A stretch of 64,000 bases of DNA from Octopus vulgaris (lineage: Eukaryota): contig OX597819.1 in the NCBI GenBank assembly GCA_951406725.2, forward strand, positions 108,872,001-108,936,000, read 5' to 3'. The notes beneath the pieces are model-generated. The model had not been told where the DNA came from, did not search any database, and saw only the letters and a program-made list of their open reading frames with translations. Shown one piece after another: positions 1 to 13,550 of this stretch. How positions within the stretch are numbered: the stretch's first letter is position 1; every line of letters starts with the position of its first letter. The translations under genes and the position numbers were made by a program.

Positions 1-198
1 GGGACAAACAAGGACAGACAAAGGGATTAAGTCCATTACATCGACCCCAGTGCGTAAGTGGTACTTTATTTATCGACCCCCGAAAGGATGAAAGGCAAAG
101 TCGACCTCGGCGGAATTTGAACTCAGAACGTAACGGCGGACGAAATACGGCTACGCATTTCGCCCGGCGTGCTAATGTTTCTGCCAGCTCACCGCCTT
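1..198 (-). mobile_element. tRNA-derived SINE with Nin/Deu-like core (cut by window edge)
   Basis: Minus strand reads AAGGCGGTGAGCTGGCAGAAAC...GAGTTCAAATTCC (B box)...GCCTTTCATCCTTTCGGGGGTCGATAAA; same family recurs at ~19330, 24340, 32335, 32755, 41218. Confidence 0.9.
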
Positions 199-947
199 CA
201 GTATCTAATATATAGGGCTGCTCTGTAAGTTATCAATGTAGCTCAGTTTGCTATCTATGTAGCACTCAGTATCTAATTTATGTAACTGCTGAGTCCGTTA
301 CCTGATGCAACTGCTCAATCTGTTATTCGTGTGGCTTCTCAGTTTCCTTGAGGTATTCGTGTGTCTGTTCAATCTATCTAAATTATTACCCACTGTACTG
401 TTTATGTGGCTGTACAGTCTGTCATCTATGTAGCTATTCAGACTATTATTTTTGTGATGCTCAGTCTGTTCTCTATGCGGTTGCTCACTAAGTTATCTGA
501 CTGCTAATCCTGTGATGTATGTACCTGCTCAGTCAATTATTAGTGTTGATGCCCAGTCTGTTATCATCATAACAGTTAAATCTGTATCTATGTGGCTACT
601 CAGTCTGTTATCAATGCGGTGATGCAGTCTATTATTTCATGTGCAGCCCAGTCTATTTTCAATGTAATTGCTCAGTCTGTTGTCAAATTACTCAGTCAGT
701 TATCTATGGAGCTCCTCAGTATGTTACCTGTGTAACTGGTCAGTTGATTACCTATGTAACCGCTCAGTTTGTTACTTATGTATCTGCTCAGTGACTACTA
801 AGTAGATACTCAGCTTGTTATTTACGAGACTGGTCAACCCATTATTTAAGTAGCTGCTCAGTCTTTTAGAAGCATCACTGCATCTGTTTAATGAAATAGT
901 TATTCAAATCTGTCACATATGTAGCTGTTCAGTTTATTATATGTATA

Positions 948-1169
948 CAAGGAACTGCTAAAAAGTTCTTGGCTTTGGGTAAAAGAAAATACAGGAGGAT
1001 CAGTTAATTATGATTTTATTCAACATGTTCCCCTCTCAGTCTCAGATTCACACACTTATTGCAGTGATCATTGAGTTTTTCTAAGCCCTGTAAAAGAACT
1101 CGAAAGGATGGGCCTGCAACTAGGCTTCTGATGATACCCTTAAAGCCAAGAACTTTTCAGCACCCCTCA
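948..1169. mobile_element. Mariner-type MITE
   Basis: TIRs CAAGGAACTGCTAAAAAGTTCTTGGCTTT / AAAGCCAAGAACTTTTCAGCACCCCTCA, TA on both sides. Confidence 0.8.
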
Positions 1170-1191
1170 TAGTTGCTCAATTTGTTATCTA

Positions 1192-1702
1192 CCATAAATC
1201 CTCGAGTATAATCTGCATTTTTTCCCCAAAATTTAAAGGTGAAAATCCATAGTGCATATTATAAACGAGGTTAAAAATGAAAATTATTTTCTAAGCAATG
1301 TTCAAGTCTCTATTTGCTGTCAAGCAATGCTTATTCAGACGCATTTTGTGATGTTGGCCACGAAAATACCTTAAGCTAAGCCTGAAAGCAATTAAGTCAT
1401 AAAAGAATCATCCATAACTTGCAGTAAGCAACATTTATTAAACGTTATTACTGTTATTTCTCTATTTTCTGCAAACAAAATGAACAAAAAAGCTACACGT
1501 TTGCATTACGTTATATATACAATAATAATAAAGGATGTTACCCTATACATTTTTACAAACCAAGGACGTTATATAGACCTCCTTGACTCAAGTTAGAGAA
1601 AGGTTCATATTATACACAAGGTTTAGGTTTTTCAGAGGTACAGCCCCCTAAAAATCCCCTGTGTATTATACTCAAGGGCAGACTATACTCAAGGATTTAC
1701 GG
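1192..1702. mobile_element. Tc1/pogo-type MITE
   Basis: TIRs CCATAAATCCTCGAGTATAATCTGC / GCAGACTATACTCAAGGATTTACGG, TA TSD. Confidence 0.85.
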
Positions 1703-2689
1703 TATGTACTGCTCACTCTATTGTCTCTGCAGCTGCTCAGTCTGCTTGAGGTAGCTATGTAGATGCTCATTTTGCTATGTATGCAGCTGGTGAGCCTGTT
1801 TGATATGGTTATATGGCTACTCAGTCTGACAAAAGTATCAATTCCTCGTCATCAGACTAATTATACATATTGTTTTTAAAATAGAGAAACACACAAGTAA
1901 TCACATGATTTCAGTGCTAAATCTTATGATAGCATGAATGTCATAGTATTTCATTTCTGTCATCAACAAAGGAGCCTCTGTGTGGTTGCTTGAGTAGCTA
2001 TAAATAGCAGCCAAATTTTCTTCTCATCTCACACTGCCTTGTTAAAAATGCAAAGTGCATATAAAATAACATAGTCCTAGCTACCCCTAAAAAGACAAGA
2101 TGGTCACTGTTGGGTGTCTAGAATTATAGGCCGTATATTTTGGGGGCTAAACAACAGCAGGACGATCCCTAATAGCTAGAGTTGAGAGACATGCATATCT
2201 AATCAACTGCCATTTGTACTTTTGTGTACCATTGTCCTAGCTATCAGTGTAACCAAGGATGACAAGCAACTTATTCCTACAATCGATTATGGAACCCCTC
2301 TGTTAAAATCGACCTGCTAAAAATAGAAGCCAAATCTCTTTCAAAGGATGCTCCATTATCTTAAAGTGGGGAGAACACACAGGGTACTGTGACATAGACA
2401 CATAGGACCTTAATAAATATATGGATGGGATGAACCTGGATGCACTACGTTTTATCATAGGCCTACCCAATGAAGTCCGACCTGTGGGTAAACTAGCAAT
2501 AGAATCTAAAGCCGCAAATTAGAGACCAGCAAAAAATAGCAGCCAAATCTCCCACAAATTACCCTCTGCTGTCTTGAATACAGAAGAGGCAGTGGGGGTC
2601 ATGACAAAAAAGTTGGTAAACACAGGCTTGGTGGATTGGAACTACAACAAAACCTAAAACTGTCATCACAACTACTGTATGCAGACTCA

Positions 2690-4150
2690 CTACTGCAGTG
2701 TTGCTGTCATCAGCAGCAGTGCAGTAGACACTGCTGGTACTACTACTACTGATGTTGATGGTGGTGGTGGTGGTGGTACTGCTGCTGCTGCTGTTGCTGT
2801 TATTGGTTAATGTTGATAAATCTTCTGCTGCAGTTCATACATTCAACATCATTGACTGAATGTGACATATAACCTGGAAAACATATACATCCATACATAA
2901 ACACACACACACAGCTACATACATACACACATGTATACATGCATACACACACATAGGATATAGATATATACACTCATCTCATCTTATATATATATATATG
3001 AATGTGTGTGTGTATTCACATATATATACACACATACAGATATATACATATACATATATATATATATACATATATGCACACATATAGACACACATATATA
3101 TATACATATATATATGCAAATGCACACCTGCATAGACAGGCACATATATACACACATATACATACATACATTCATTATCTCTACACTTTTAAGCACACGC
3201 ACATACACGTACACATTAAACCCCATATATATCACAAGAAACACAGAATACGCACTCCTAGACATTCACTGCAAAGCATACACATACATAGCCACCACAG
3301 TTTTACAACACATATGCACGTACATACATATACCCACACATACACACATTGACTCACTGATTAGCACTGCATCAATACATACACCTACACACACATAACT
3401 GTTGACTAACCATGAAGCCTTTGTATTGTTGGTTGACCTGTTAAAAATAGCAGCTACATTTCCCTCAAATCACACCTTACTGTCTTGGACAATGTTGTCA
3501 CGGTGGTATTTCTGGCTGAACTGTCTTTCAACATTGGTCAAGCTGCACCTGGGGCTAAACAAAACAATACCTATTACAAAATCACTACACACACACACAC
3601 ATACACGCATGCATCTGATTTGCTACTTGCAATGATGATGTTTGTGGTGATGATGTTTATAGTGATGATGGTGGTGATTGTTGTTGTTGTAATAGTTGTG
3701 GTGGTCATAATTGCGGAGGCTGTGTGAAGATAATGGTGGGTGTTGTTGTCACGGTTGTCGTGGGTGGATTTTTTTTGAGGTGGTCGTGGTGGTAGTGGTG
3801 ACGGTGAAGCCAATAGTGGCGGTAGCTGTTGTAGTGGCAATGTTTGTTGTAGAAGTAGTAGTAGAGGTGGTAGTTGTTGTAGAGGTGGTGACAGTTGGAG
3901 TAGTGGTTGTGATGGGAGATCTGTTGCAGTACGGGTAGTTGTCAATGTAGTAATGAAGTTGATGGTGGTAGTTGTTATAATGATAAGGGTAGCTGTTGTG
4001 GTGTTAGTGGTAGTTGTTGGGGTAGTGGTGGTGATAGTAGTTGATGTAATGGTAACGGTAGTCGTAGAGGTGGTCGTTTTTTGAAGTGGGTGTCGTAATG
4101 GTTGTTATAAGGATAGCAGCAGCAACAGTAGTAGTAGTAGTAGTAGTAGT
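2690..4150. repeat. Low-complexity block: (CA/TA)n and (GGT/GTA/GTT)n
   Basis: Seen directly; explains the spurious ORFs at 2979-4238. Confidence 0.9.
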
Positions 4151-5199
4151 TCTTATTCAACACTAGGTTATTGTTGATTGAAAACACTCTAGCGATGACC
4201 ATCCCATCTTTTGGTATATCCATGACTACATTGTCCAATGTATCCTTCTAATGAGTCATGATTTTGAGGGAGACTTGACTGCTATTTCTAATGGCTCAAA
4301 GAGTTGCACAGAGGCTCAATCACTTGCTTAAAGCAGCAGCAACAGTGTTGGTTGAGTGTCATTAGGATGTGGTCCCAGTTTCATTTTCTATATCTTCTTT
4401 AATGTAATTCATGTCATTAGGAAAAGGCATGGACATCTCAACATCCCACATTTCTGTTATCAAATAGACCAGACATAGAAGATTTAGTTTTATTTCGGTT
4501 TTCTCAGATCATATCTCAAAGAGCTCCATTTTGTTTTTTTATCCCTCTAAGGTCAGCAAAGAAAGTATCTATTAAAATATATCGGTTAATTTACTTGACT
4601 GTATCAAAATTAGCAATGGATGAAAGAATTGTCAGTGTGATGGACCAAATTTTATGCTGTATTTAGCTATGGGTTTATGTGTTCTGAGTTCATATCCAGT
4701 TGAAGTCAACTTCACCTTTGCCCTTGTATCTCAGGTTAAGTAATGGAGTTTAATTTAATTGACAATAAACTTACTGTAAATTTGTACTTCACCACCACCA
4801 CCACCATCATCATCATTTACTGCATTATCATTTTAATGTCCACTTTTCCATGCTCACATGGGTTGGACAGAATTTGTCAAGATGGATTTTCTATGGCTGG
4901 CTGACTTTCCTGTCACCAACCCTCACTTGTTACCAAATAAGGTAATATTTCCCCTTGATCAGACATGTTTTCATAGAATGATGGAAATGAAGGACACCAC
5001 TTGTATGACAGTGACACTCATTTACAACTATCCTGCAATGTTAAGGCAAGGAGTCACAGTAACACACACACACATGTACACATGCACAGACACATGTGCA
5101 TGTGTGCACACACACACACATGTACATACCCATACCCAAATTGATGACCTTGTGCCTAAATTAAAAGCCATTTCATCATCATCATCATTCTTTTTGTTC

Positions 5200-8100
5200 A
5201 CTCAGCATTTCAATGTTATTCTGCTAACTATTAGATTGCTAGATATCAAGCTACAGCCAACAAATTTAGGTGTCTAGCAACTTTCTTATGGTCCTTGCTG
5301 TGTCAAGAAAGCAGGCTTTCTATAGAGTCAAGAAATTCATCTCAATAGCCAACATCTTCAACCGACCACTTAAGCCTTCTTATAACTGTTCCTAAGGCTT
5401 CTATTGCAAATGGGATAAAGACAACTTAATGGCATTTTCAGATTCTCTGAAGTTTGTGTTTTAAATCCAGGTACTTTTGTTTCCCTCACATTCTTTATCT
5501 AAAACTCTTCTGTCAAATGGGCAAGCAACACCAATTAATACATTCTTTCCTTTTCATTTAGTGTGACAATATCTTGGTTTGAAAGTTCTGGTTGTCTATG
5601 GAATTCTCATATTCCATAGTAGTCTTACATGTTTTTTTCAAGGATGTGTTCTATTTTAATGTTCATACTTTTTTCCACACATTCACATCCAAATATTTTA
5701 CAGATTTGCTAATGTATGAATGTAGCAACTTTGTCATGTTTCCATTTCTTTTAAATCCTCTGAACAGTCATTTTGTATTCAGAGAGGTTGCATGCATAAT
5801 TGTATCTTCTTTTTCACCACATAGTCTACATGCAACCAAAATGTCCTCCTTATCTAAATTCTTCTGTGATGTATTCTATTCCAGTTGTTTGATCCTGCAC
5901 AGCTAGAATCAAGCTCTCTATTATTTTCTTTAAAATTTCTTTCTTTAGTCATTTTAGGGACTTGTGATCTTTATACTCTTTAGTGCTTTAAAAAACAATT
6001 TTCCACATAGATTTTCTGTTGCATTCTGAATAAGTAAACTTCACTTTTTACTTTCCTCTTACAAATACTCACTCTTGTCTTTCAACTATCAACAATACCT
6101 CATTACAATTAGCAACATACTTTCTGGAACTTTCTATCATTACTTCCAAACAATCTTCTACACTTATCAGTCCTCTTCTTCTGTCCTTTTTTTTTAAACA
6201 TAATCTGTCAACATCTGCCTGTGGGTGCAGTGTTCTGTGTATTGTCAACAATTTCCTTGTTTTTCCATCTAACTTCTTAAGATCTTCTGTTGTTCATTTG
6301 ATTATGCTGACACAGTATCTAATGATGGATACTGTTCTAATGTTTGTGGCAAAGATGGTATTTATGCCATTCAGTTTGGATTTTAATATCCTCTTAATCC
6401 TTTAGAAATATTTTCTCCTGATTTTGTCGTTAATTGTTTTGCTCTATCCTTTATACCATCAGCATCCAAGACTCCCAAATATTTATAACCATCATCTTTA
6501 TTAATTTGCTGCATCAATTGCTCATTCAGTAGATTTATTTCATCACTTTTAATGGTACTTCCTTTTCTTCATTTCAAGTATTCCACACTTAGAAATACCA
6601 AATTCCAATTTGATATCACTGCTAAACACTCTCACTGTGGACAAGAATAGCCAAATCTCTCTCAGCCTTGCCATATAACTTAAGATCATCCATGAATACC
6701 AAATGGTTAACTATTTTTCTCTCTTTTCCTTGGCTATAGCCATCTTTTACATTCCTCAGTTCTAGGAAGAGTTGGATAACAGCAATGACCAGCAGTGGGG
6801 GTGACTAGCCATTACCTTGGAAAATAACTTAATATAGTTTGACTTTTCCAAGAGGGTTGGAACTTCTGCTGTTAGTTCTGTTACCAATTTCCACGCTTAC
6901 TCTTATTTGCAATTTTTAACATTTTGAGTATCTTAAAAATCCAAGTGTGAGGAACCATGCTATATGCTTTATTTGTAATCAACCAACTCATTGCTAAACC
7001 AGTTCGTGGTCTCTTGAAATTATTTATTGATTAATAGTTGGTATTTGTCCAGCACTCTTTCTGTTCATTGGAGAGAAATTTCTGTTTTTCAAAAAAATGG
7101 ACAAATTTTATCCACAAACACACTTGTTAACAATTTCCATATCAGTGATAAAGTTATTGATTTGTAGTTTGAGACCTCAGCAGTGTGTGTCTTTCATTAA
7201 TGTGTTATCTTACTCTATCCAGCTTCCAGTCTGAAGGCATTCATTTAATAACTTAATGCCCACCTGGGTGTTATAATGTTCTTCAGCTAGAAAGCTTTTA
7301 CTCTGTTTGGCCCAGATGCCTTCCAATTAGGCAATTTGAAAGATTATTTTACAACAAACTTTGGAGTGATAATGATGTCAACCTGTTGATCTACATATTT
7401 TACTTTTCTGCTTCTATCTGCCTTTACATAGCGGATACCTTTCCTGCTTCATATATTACTTCAAAACTTTCTGTATCTGGTATTTCAACATTATGTATTT
7501 CTACTCTCTCCAAATAATCTCTTTTGCTTACTTTGACACAACCTACTCTGCTGAAACTAATCTATTCTATTCTCATATCACATTATACTTGCTGCCTCTA
7601 ATGTCACTCTTTGCTTCAGTTTTTCAATTACAACATTCATTTCTCTCTTTTTAACATTGTATTTTCTTTCTAGTTTTGATGACTCTTTCATTTTTTAATG
7701 CATCTTCTTACAAATTACAATAGTTGACTTACTTCTCATATCATACACTTGATATCATTTTAAACTGTCTTTTCACTAAGATGAATATTCTTGGTTTACC
7801 TGCCTTGTAGCCAACCTTTATTGTTACTACTCCTCTAACAGCCTCATACAGGTTATTTACTTCCAGGAGAGAGAAAAGTGGAACATATACTAACACTCAG
7901 CTTCTTTTGCTTTTTATTTTTTTTTTGCTTTATTGTCTTTCTGTCATACCCTCTTAGGTTGGCTGGTTTCTCATTACTATTTTGTTCAAGTTAGTTAAAT
8001 ATCTTGCTCAATAATACGATCTCTTTGTCACTCTGACTATCCTACAACATTCATAATTCCTCTCTACCTATCTCATTCCCATTTCTAATATGATAGTTTA

Positions 8101-8420
8101 ACACTTTCTCTCAGTGTTTTTTTTCTTCACTCACATTAACCTTAGATTCCCCTATAGTCCTCTTTTGGGTTTTTGATTTCCTGTTTAATTTCTCTTATTT
8201 CTAGGTTCGATGGATAGCCATTAAGCTTTACAGAATGTGCCTGCCCTGCAAATTTCAGTTCTGTCATTGCAAACATGCTTATCTCATTCCAAATTCCCAA
8301 CATTCTTTGCCTGTATCCTCTTTTATTTGGGTCACTCTTCACCTATAATCTCTCTCTCATCTGGTTTGCTTTTTGCCTCTATCCTCTCTTATTTGGTTTA
8401 CTATTGTTATTGTTGTTGTT
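5200..8420 (-). mobile_element. Decayed near-full-length Dong/R4-clade non-LTR retrotransposon (RT plus restriction-like endonuclease)
   Basis: Minus-strand motifs in order: KSDPNKRGYRQRM (~8340), VNHLVFMDDLKLYG (~6690), GYKYLGVL (~6480), LHPQADVDRL (~6210), CRLCGEKEDTIMH knuckle (~5810), DIV...VACPFD (~5540). Many stops and frameshifts. Confidence 0.85.
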
Positions 8421-8963
8421 GCTACTGGCATTATTGTGATTAATTTTTTACAATTCATAATTTTGTGAGGTTGTCCTTGTTACTGACCCCCTTATCCATT
8501 ATTGCTCTTGTAGCAAATACAAAGAAGATGTTATTGTTATCATGATTGGGAAATAATTAAGGGTGTTGTATTGGCAGAAACATTTTAGTTTCATTGCTTT
8601 TTGTATCAGAAATTCAAATCTAGAGCCAGCAGTTTATTAACTTTATCCTTCTATAATCATTAAAACACCAGTAATCCACAAGTGTTATTACATTCTGTAC
8701 TCAACATTCCACACTCCAGATAATCTAACATTCTGTACACAACACTTCATACACCACACAACATTCCCAGCTACTTCGCACATGAGGGTGAGAAGTTTAT
8801 TGTGGAACTGAACCTAAAATACATAGTTTCAGATTCAGTTCCAATGTGTTGTGCCTCAGGCAAATGTCTTCTGCTAAACCTTCAGACCAAGCAAAATCTT
8901 GTGAGTGGATTTAGTAGACAGAAACTGAAAGAAGCTTGATGTGTGTGTAGAGAGAGAGAGAAA

Positions 8964-9305
8964 GGCACATGGCTCAGTGATTAGAGCATTTGGTTCACAA
9001 TCATGTGGTTGTGCGTTCAATTCCTGGGCCGGGATATGTATTGTGTTCTTGAGCAAGACACTTTATTTCACATTGCTCTAGTTCACTCAACAGTAAAAAT
9101 GAGTCGTAATGTCACTGGTGCCAAGCTATATCAGCCTTTGTCTTTCCCTTGGATAACATCAGTGGCACGGAGACAGGAGGCTGGTATGCATGGGCAACTG
9201 CTGGTCTTCTATAAACAACCTTGCCTGGACGTGTGCCTTGGTGGGGAACTTTCTAAGTGCAATCTCATGGTCATTCATGACCAAAGGGGACCGTTACTCT
9301 TTACT
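8964..9305 (+). mobile_element. tRNA-derived SINE (second family) nested in another SINE
   Basis: A box TGGCTCAGTGATTAGAGC, B box GTTCAATTCC, core GTTCTTGAGCAAGACACT; opposite-strand copy at ~30965-31312. Confidence 0.75.
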
Positions 9306-10889
9306 CTGTATGTATGTGTAAGTATGTATATACTTGTGTTTCTCTGCCTTGACATTGCACGATTGTTGTAAATGGATGTCATTCATTTTCGATATTCTGT
9401 AGAAACATGTCTGGCCATGGGAAAATATTATTTTCCTTGGAAACAGATAAGGGTTGACAACAGGAAGAGCATCCGGATATAGAAAATCTGTCTCAATAAA
9501 CTCCTTCTGACTGATGCAAGCATGAATAGTGGATGTTAAAACAATGATAATAGTTAGAAGGGGAGTCAGTGTTTATGAACCTTTAAAGAGCCTCTGAGAC
9601 TGGTGGCTGGGAAGTAAGAGAGTATCTCAAACTGGAGACTTGGCCTGAATGCCTCCAATAGGGTGCACTCTATTAAATTCACTCAAGATACCAAGTGATG
9701 GTGTTAAACCGGGTGACTGGTGAAGTCTATTGCCCAAGTAGCCCATGGCAAGATTTAATCTCAGAATGCAAAGAGCTTGAACAAACACCACAAGGCATCT
9801 CATCCATCATTCTGCTAATCCACTGTTAATTCATTGCTTGGAATTGGTACATTTAAAAAAAAAATCAAACTTGCAAAGATGAAATACAAAGTTGACCTCT
9901 ACAGGATTTGAACTCAGAATATAGTGAGCTGGAACAAATACCATGAAGGATTCTATTTAGTGCTCCAGTGGCTCTGACAATTTGCTGCTTGTGATTCTGA
10001 GTTCAATCTCACTGTGTGGTGGTATCTTGGGTTAGTGACTTCCTGCTATAGACTTAGGTCAATCCAAGCCCTGTGAGTAAGAACAGGTTGATGGAAAGCA
10101 TGGAAGAGACTGTCAGACAGACTGTACCTGTAAAGCATGGTTTGTCTTGTGCTTGACCCATACTCTTGACAGGAACTCTGAAAAAAAATCTGGGATGCTT
10201 TCTTTCCTCCTCTGGCTGACTCATGACAAAAAATAATAAAAACAGAAGAAACAAACATAACTGGTTTTTGATTAAACCAACTCCACTCCTCCATTCATTC
10301 TACAAAATTTATGGCCAATCAAAATTTATTGCCAATCAATGTAAGAAATCTTAATAATTAATGAATTATTAATATCATTATTTTTTGCATATATTTCATT
10401 CATTTATTTTTTTTTCCTTTTAGTCTAATCCATACAAGTTGTCGAGAGAAATGCATTTCAGTATATACAATGTTAAATTAGAATGACATATAATGTAACA
10501 CAGACAACTTCAGCTGCAGTGAGAACAGAGATGATGTTTTCTAGCTGCAGCAGTTGCTAACTTAAGCAGGCAGTTGCTAACCAAAGCTGTGAAATACAAC
10601 AGCGACAGCTGCAGTGTGCAGCATTCAATGGTTGGCAATACATTTCTGGAACGGTTTTGTGCATAATCACACAGATAAAATATAAATATAAACAGAAAAA
10701 AATATTTCACCCAAAAATAAATCAACTAAAATTGGGAATTTCCCTTTGATTTATCAACGGTAAATCTATGGGCATTTGGGGGTTATTGAGGTACCACTGA
10801 CAACTTCATCATTATGTGGTGTATGTAAGGTAAGTTAACTGAATGGAGGACTTTCCTCTCCATTTTAATCTCACAGGTCAACCTGAACT

Positions 10890-11660
10890 CAGCACCACTC
10901 TCCACACACTGGAAACTCTGACTAATCCTCTCAATATAAGATTCTACACACTGGATACTCTAACATTCTGTACTCAACATTCCACACACCAGATAATCTA
11001 ACATTCTGTACACAACACTTCATACACCACACAACATTCCCAGTTATTTCGCACATAACACATCACAACTACTACAGTATAATCCATATAATATAACATA
11101 CCCAAACTGCCAGATTTCTACTCCACATAATGCTTCTATGATAGTAACATAATACTTTACATAACACACTCTAACTACTTCACTACATCCCATATAACAG
11201 CCTGACTGCAACACAGTACCACACATAGCATACACATCCTAACTATCACATTTTACACTCTACACACACCCTCACTATTACACTATACACCATACAACAT
11301 TTCCAATCTGTCCTGCTGCATTATAGTGTGAAGTGTGGTTCCTGATCTGAGTCAAGGATGTAGTATCTGCAATGCTGGAATCTATGGCTGAGTCACAATA
11401 TGGCTGGTACTCTATGTGACTAAGTCTCAAAGTTGTTTGGTTTGAATGTGGTCGTGTCACTTTATTGTTTAAACACAATGCAATGTCTAAATGTTTAGTC
11501 TCAATGTTGTTTGGTCTTATTGTGGTTGGGTCTCCATGTTGTGACTTATTGCATCTGAGCTCAAAGTGACTGTTTCAACGTGGTTGAGTTTCATGATAAC
11601 TGTGTCTCAATATTGCTTGGCCTCAATATGAACTCAATGTTATTGGGTCTTAGTGATCAA
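10890..11660. repeat. Degenerate minisatellite-like tracts (CATTCCACACACC-type, then GTCTCAATGTTG-type)
   Basis: Recurring short units, CA-rich then GT-rich. Confidence 0.45.
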
Positions 11661-12649
11661 GTTATCTACTTCTGAAAATTGATCAGTTTGAGCAATGTTG
11701 ACCAGAAGTACCTGACAACAACAACAACCATCATTAAAACAATTATCACCACTACTATTATCACTCTGACCACTACCATCACCCCACACCCCCATTACTC
11801 TTCTCCTGATATTGCATGCTAATTCTAACCAAACTTCACCATCATACAAGCTTTAATGTGCAACCTTCTGTAAAAACATGTCTGACCATGTGTTGTTTGC
11901 ATTCAAAGGACCAGGGGAAAAATTACTTTTCTTGGGAACAGACAAGCTTTTACAGCAGAAAGAGCATCTAGTCATAAAATATCTGCTTTGCTGAATTGAA
12001 TCTGGTCCATGCAAGCATGAAAAGTGGACATCGAAACCATGTTGATGAGTCAGAAAAAGAAAGGTCACACAAACTGACTGGTGGGAGGAAGTTATCCTCA
12101 GACCAGAGATCTAACTTGTATGTTTACTACAAAAAGAACAAACACCACTACAGGAATCCAAGGGGCCAGATAAAAGTGTTAAAACTGGGAGCTATTATGT
12201 AAACCATCCAAGAAAAACAACTGTCCTTCCAATGGGCTTCTGCATAGATTTTGTCTATTCATTTAATTTAATATCTATTTTCCATGCTAACATAGCTTAG
12301 GCTGAAGAGAATTGAGGCAAAAGTTTTACAACTAAAATGAACTACTTGTCACCAACCCTTACCTTTTAATCAAGAAAGGGACTTTTTTTCTTCCAGAGCA
12401 ATTCAACAGCACAGATCTAGCAACAATGGGAAATGTCAAGAAACATCACCTTTTACAACCTGACCAGGTAAAAAAAAAAAAAACTGTTACAGATAGTGAT
12501 TGACAGGTAGAGAGATATATAAGTGTCAATGGTAATATAGAGGCAAACAGATAAAGAGCAACAATTACATGGTATTTATCAAGCCATAGAAGAGTTCACA
12601 GAAGGACTCACTGAAAGTTCAAAGAAAGACAAGGAGGAGAGAAAATTCT

Positions 12650-13550
12650 AAAATTTATTTGCCTACAACTTTCTCTCTCTGTTTACTCTTCCTCTTTAGT
12701 CTTTTCTCTTTTGTCTCTTCCCCCTCTCTCTCTCTTTATCTTCTTCACTTTCAGACAAAGGGCAAGTGTCCGAAATGTTAGACCCTTGGTTCCCCACATG
12801 TTCTGAACGTATCTGATTAATTCCTTTCTGTCTGTTGACCTGTTCCCTGTTTGTCTCTCTATCTGTCTGCCTGTTTAACTGTCTATTTGTCTCTCTCTGT
12901 CTCTATTTTTTTTTGGGTCTCTCTGTCTACCTATCTGTTTGTCTGTGTCTGCTTCTCTCTCTTTCTCAATCTATCTATCTATCTTCTTATCATATATTTG
13001 CTTATTTCTATCTGCCTGTCTCTCTCAATCTGATTATCTTTCAATAGTTGCCTCTCTTCTCTTCAATTCCTCTTCTCTCCTTCGTATTTTCCTTTCCTTT
13101 CAGTAACAGTCTATCACTCAGTCTCTTTCTCCTCTATATATTTTTATGCATTCTTCATTTGTTAATGTGTTATTTTATTTTTTATCCTTTCCTATCTGTT
13201 TTCTCCTCTCTTACTTTCTCTTTCTCACTCTCATTTTCTTTCTGACTTTCTTCCCTCTCTCAACACTTTGTATCTTTCTCAGTCACTTTTATATTTCCCC
13301 CTACATTCCCTTCCCATCCCTTCTTTCAGCCCTTTCTATCTTTGTGCCTCTATTTTCTTCCTTCCCCATCTTCTACCCCTTACTCCCCTTCTTTCAAATA
13401 CAATTCTACCTTCTCTCCTTCCCACCCTCTCACATTATCTCACTCTCTGTTCACTACTTCCACTTCTCCTTTCTCAATCTGCTTCCCCCTCCTTTCTCTC
13501 TCTCCCTTTCTGTCCTCCCACACAATAATAAATACTAATCTACACCTCTC
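12650..13550. repeat. Polypyrimidine (CT-rich) low-complexity tract
   Basis: Seen directly. Confidence 0.85.

Larger units (their letters stand above)
199..1830. repeat. Degenerate ~27-bp tandem repeat (GCTCAGTCTGTTATCTATGTAGCT-like) interrupted by two MITEs
   Basis: Recurring GCTCAGT/ATCTATGTAGC units at 199-945, 1172-1189 and 1705-1830. Confidence 0.75.

Noticed and set aside
1-198. tRNA gene
   Set aside because: SINE head only; no complete cloverleaf, continues into a SINE body.
199-945. CRISPR-like array
   Set aside because: Units are degenerate with no unique spacers; eukaryotic context, no cas genes.
2979-4238. Many overlapping ORFs rich in Y/I/H/T/V/C (also at 14.4, 20.5, 51.5, 55.8, 59.3 and 62 kb)
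   Set aside because: Translations of di- and trinucleotide repeats.
10734-10750. GGGAATTTCCC NF-kB-like site overlapping CTTTGAT
   Set aside because: A single short motif with no supporting context.
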